Below are positions 59,733 to 64,000 of a stretch of DNA of 64,000 bases, piece by piece. Source of the stretch: Fistulifera solaris (taxonomy: Eukaryota). The notes under the pieces were generated by a model that saw only the letters and a program-made list of their open reading frames with translations, was not told the origin of the DNA and made no database searches. A program made the translations under genes and the position numbers. Where the stretch lies: NCBI GenBank assembly GCA_030295235.1, contig AP026169.1, positions 124,001 through 188,000 on the forward strand, in the 5' to 3' direction. Within the stretch, counting starts at the first letter, position 1. Each line of letters opens with the position of its first letter.

Positions 59733-60376
59733 CGAAGCAAAGCTATAATGTTATGCTATTATGGGTTCTTCGAAGCGACGACAACAAACGTGAAAGCAAC
59801 AACAAATGCATTTGAGCTGTTTTCATTCACGGTTCATTCAGTCCCGTTTGAGGAATGCTCTTTCCATTGTCTAGAGCCAATCCCAGCTTGCATGTTATTG
59901 TGATGGATGTGCTCAATATAGTAGTTTCATCTTACTGCAGACTGAGAACGAAATCTCTTTGAGCTATCCGAGGAAAATTGAATCATGAGTAAACGAAGTT
60001 ATAGCAGCGATCTTGCGACGGTAATCAGAACGTGGACGTTCACAGTGGTGATCTTGATTACGCTTTTAATCGATGCAATTTTCCACTTGCTACTGGCTTT
60101 TGAAGAAACGAAAGGTTCAACGCAGATAGAAAATCCTCACTGCATAAAACAAAAAAATACAATGTCGGAGCATATCTGGATGATCCTACACGCAAGGTTT
60201 TTGTAATAAAAACGACCACCAGGCTAACGCTTGTTATTCGTTTTTAACGTGCGACGGTTTTCTGCCAAATGGTGTCATTCCTAGATCAGCCGCAGATATT
60301 ATACAAGGATTTTGAGAAAATAGGGATGTACAATTCGAATTGAAAGAAAGCGACTGCGCAGGAATAATCCAGAATT

Positions 60377-60814
60377 TCATTCGGCACTACGATCTTGACC
60401 TTGCTGTGCTTGCGCTTTCTTGGCATCTTGATACATGGGAGCGATTCGAAAGTCCAGTTTTTCCACTCCCAAGTAGCCGATGAAGCACATGAGAGTAGCA
60501 AATTGTGCCATGACACGAGCCTTCATCATCCGCTGGCTTTTGACCGGATCTCGGTCGCGAAAACTTTTGATTCCGCTCGCCAAAAAATAAGCTGTTGCCA
60601 TGCATCCAATGGGTACCAGCGGTTGCTGTGAGAACTGCGTTGGAAAATTTTAAGTTATGAAATATGCTTCTTCAATATTGCAAACTTGTATTTGAAGCGG
60701 GAATCGTACCTTCCGCCAAATTTTCTCTTCCAGTGATTCATTGCGCGGCATCTTCGGAGGCCCCTCCTCTCGGCTCGGTTCACAAGCCGTGCGCATTGTT
60801 GGTAGCCATCCCAT
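60377..60814 (-). CDS. HIG1-domain protein (Rcf1/HIGD2A-like)
   Basis: ESLEEKIWRK|FSQQPLVPIG (intron 60709-60635) and SQRMMKARVMAQFAT. Confidence 0.88.
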
Positions 60815-61741
60815 CTTTGTTATTCAATCAATGCTTTCAAGATCAAAAGTAGGGAGTAATAAGTGAAGGTCTTCACAAATCCATTTCAGCTTTGTAGAAA
60901 TGCTGAGCGATGTTTATCGCACTCAAAGTCACGTCACCCGTTTCCCTTTCGGGGTGTGACGATGTGACGAGTGAAGACTCCTCCTCCATCCTCCTCCTCC
61001 ACTCACGGACACAGCATTCCCTGGTAGCATTCGTACCGGGTACCGGTAGTCGTAGATAGAGTTGAGGGTAAAGGGTCTATTTGGAAAGAAAGAGTGTGTC
61101 GCCAAGTGTGTCGCGCGTCACTCCACACAGTCATCATCAACCTTTACTCGTAGTTTCGATTTTCGATCGTATTGTGTGCCAGTAGGTGTACGAGTGCTAC
61201 TGTAGGCCATTAAGTTTCGATGTTCGGAATTTCAAGCCAAAACGACTTAATAACTGTAATTGATATATATAATAAATTAAAGTAAACCAATTTCGGTTGA
61301 AGACCGTCAGTCCCTAGGCACTTTACCGTTGAAGAGCCTCTTTAGGCGCCAAAGACAGAAAGCGGCCTACGGGCGTGCCTGCTGCGCCGTTGGCGTTGGC
61401 GCATTGGTTCGAAAAGACTGGAAATATCGTCGTACACGAGCGGTTGAAATTCGATGTCTCTGATGAAATTCGGTTGCATCGTTAGAGGGAATTAAGACCA
61501 TTTCCACCGCAATTGCCTTGAGTCTTGACAAAATAACAAGATAAGACGAAGGCTGGTTTTGATTTGGAGCGGCCACTCCTGGTTTTTTAACGACGCATCG
61601 AGTAAAGTCTAAACTGCTATCTCTCCTGATTGAGCATCAGTGCCTGCCATTTTTCCCTTCGAAAGTGCTCCTGCCTTTTCGCTTTATCAGGCAAATTTCA
61701 TAACACTCTTATTAATCGCCGCGATTACTACGCATATTTCA

Positions 61742-62948
61742 ATGACACAGGTTACAAGCGCTGCCGCTATGGAGGCTCCTAAGACACCGGCAAATCAAAA
61801 AACGCCCAACCGGATCACCAACAACTATGCTGATGCTACTACCCCCATTACCAGCATGAAGCCCAAACGCCCTCGTTCGTCGCTGAACGGTGCAACTACT
61901 TCTTCGGCTCAACCCGGACGTCTTAGCAATACCGAAGTTCCGTTGTCGCCGATGCATCCGGTAAAACCGGTACACCGAGACGCAAATGACGGAGTGGTCA
62001 AACTTGGCGAAGAAATAAAAGGATCCAGTTCTTGGGTAACTCGCAAAGTCGATGCTCTTTTCAGTCCGGTGTTACGCATGCTTGAACATAGCGACGAAGA
62101 CGGTGGTGAGGTGGCGGTGCTCGGTCTCCCGCGCGTTCATTCGGAAGAGGAAGAACACAGTGACGACTGTAGCATTTCCATTCAAGGGCAAGAAATGCCC
62201 GAGTCGGACGAATTCAATCCTTGGCAATTTATTCAGTCGTTGCCGCCTTATCAAGAAATCAGCTACCTTCGTCCGAGTGTATGCCTTCCGCCGAAAGACC
62301 CGCAAGCGCCCCCGATCACCTTAGTGTTGGATCTGGATGAAACGCTGGTACACTGCAGTGTCGAACCCGTGGAAGATGCCGACTTGGTGTTTCCTGTTGA
62401 TTTTCATGGGATCACATATCAAGTTCATGTCAAGAAGAGACCGTATTTGGAAACGTTCTTGGAGGCGTGCTGCGGAAAGTTCGAGGTTGTGTTGTTTACA
62501 GCCAGTCAGAAAATTTATGCCAATGAGCTTCTTAACCGTATTGATCCTGGTGAGTCATTTGTGTTTGAGTTTAGTTTATAAGGTTGTATTTTGATTTCTC
62601 ACGTTTTTGTTCTCTTAAGAAGGAAAATATATCCAACATCGGCTTTATCGTGACTCGTGTCTCCCGGTCGAAGGCAACTTCTTGAAAGATCTCACCGTCC
62701 TTGGTCGAGATCTGGCACAGACCATTCTTGTCGATAACTCACCACATGCCTTTGGTTACCAAGTAGAGAATGGGATACCTATTGAGTCCTGGTTTGAAGA
62801 CCCAGATGATCGCGAATTGATCAAATTGGAGCGTTTCTTGCGGCAGCACTGTCTTGACGTCCCGGACGTGCGCCCGATCCTCGACAAGAAATTTCAGTGC
62901 CGTCGGCTGGTTAACGAAGCACCACCTATCTTATTCGGTGATGAGTAG
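61742..62948 (+). CDS. SCP/CTDSPL2-like FCP1-homology phosphatase
   Basis: LVLDLDETLVH, FTASQKIYA and KDLTVLGRDL..TILVDNSP; intron from 62550 to 62619 or 62622. Confidence 0.92.
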
Positions 62949-63769
62949 GCCATGTGAAAGTAATATAAAGATTTGTCGAAGCTTCCATATTCTTTGTTTG
63001 TGTTTGCTGATAGCTGATAGGAAATAAGAGCCTGTTTCCTGAAGATTGCTTGAGACATTCTCTGGTGTTAATTAAACTGTAAAAGAATTTGCACCCCGAA
63101 GTAATTCAGTATTCAGTACTGCTTCTTCATTTTTAGGAATCATCGGGATTGGAACTTGGACAGGTAAGTCCTAAAATGTACTTGGCCAGCACGACTACCA
63201 TCATCCTTGCTTGATTCATCGCCTCTTATGTCGTCAACTTGATAGCCGCCTTGTCCTTGCGATTATTCAATATGCTCACCTTGCTCTTATTCCTCCCGCA
63301 TGTCCATTGAGCTACCTGGTAACATCAGAGACGCTTTTCGTTCGCCTTAGACATGCAAGGTTAATTAAGGATGATGTTATTTATTGTTGTGTACGTAGGT
63401 CGCGACTCGCGAGCCATACTACCTAAAGCAATTATCGCTAAATACCGGTAAAATTTTTCGAATACTTAACCACTACGAAATACCATTTTCGGGTAATTAG
63501 CAATCTAAAACACAAAGACTTTTAAGTAGTTCTTGAATCATTGGCTTTTTATCGACAATGGAATCGCCGGACTTGTCACATTGGTGTAAATAAACGTCGC
63601 GGATGACGTTCGTCGTTATCTTGAAACTTGAAACTCGTCCCATCGTTTGCGACAACAAACAAGCACAACAAGAAACAACTTCCGTTTGCTTTCGCCATTG
63701 AAGACGATCAACTTGTCTGAAAATTGAAGTATTGTGTTTTGAGTTTCAGGCAACGTTGTCTATCTCATT

Positions 63770-64000
63770 ATGAGTGTCGCGTCCTACGCTCTAGCCAACC
63801 CTACAAAGGCCCTTTACGGTGCCCTCGCAACTTGGTGGTTTAGTGGTATCTTAGCCATTATTATTCCTCTTGTAAAGTGGAGACAATCTCGCGAGGCTTA
63901 TTATAACATGTTCGGTCGCTACATCGAGTACCAGAACGCACAACGTCAAGCGGAGCGTAACCAAAACCAAAACAATCAGATGTACAACTATAATGGGTAT
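63770..64000 (+). CDS. Partial membrane protein with a Tyr/Asn/Gln-rich segment, truncated by the window end
   Basis: Open frame MSVASYALANPTKALYGALATWWFSGILAIIIPLVKW...YYNMFGRYIEYQNAQRQAERNQNQNNQMYNYNGY; not listed in the ORF track. Confidence 0.65.
   Translation, partial: MSVASYALANPTKALYGALATWWFSGILAIIIPLVKWRQSREAYYNMFGRYIEYQNAQRQAERNQNQNNQMYNYNGY

Noticed and set aside
1..64000. tRNA, rRNA, CRISPR arrays, telomeric arrays, LTR/RT elements
   Set aside because: No cloverleaf, rRNA signature, repeat-spacer array, telomere tract or reverse-transcriptase motif recognised by eye; small ncRNAs could have been missed.

Overview
Compact eukaryotic nuclear DNA with short GT-AG introns, short intergenic spacers and plastid-targeting motifs of the signal peptide + 'AF' type. 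It is most consistent with a pennate diatom (inference). About 28 host genes are recognisable, including VIT1, an ankyrin-pseudokinase, condensin CAP-H, Grx3/PICOT, an HSPA13-like Hsp70, Rieske ISP, GLDH, a TALE homeobox gene, TGS1, a PH/auxilin-type J protein, PTOX, uL14, calreticulin, NF-YC, threonine aldolase, HIG1 and an SCP phosphatase. Many genes are split by single-base indels at homopolymers, most likely assembly errors. Two structures stand out. (1) A complete 3.8-kb PIF/Harbinger DNA transposon (18186-21994) has 53/54-bp TIRs, a TAA target-site duplication and two convergent genes whose stops meet in a 12-bp palindrome. (2) An adjacent tandem pair of uncharacterised paralogues (12615-15132 and 15964-17366) shares motifs and an intron position, but only one keeps a CxxC-x6-HxC zinc-knuckle-like module. 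All calls were made by reading the sequence; no database searches were run.
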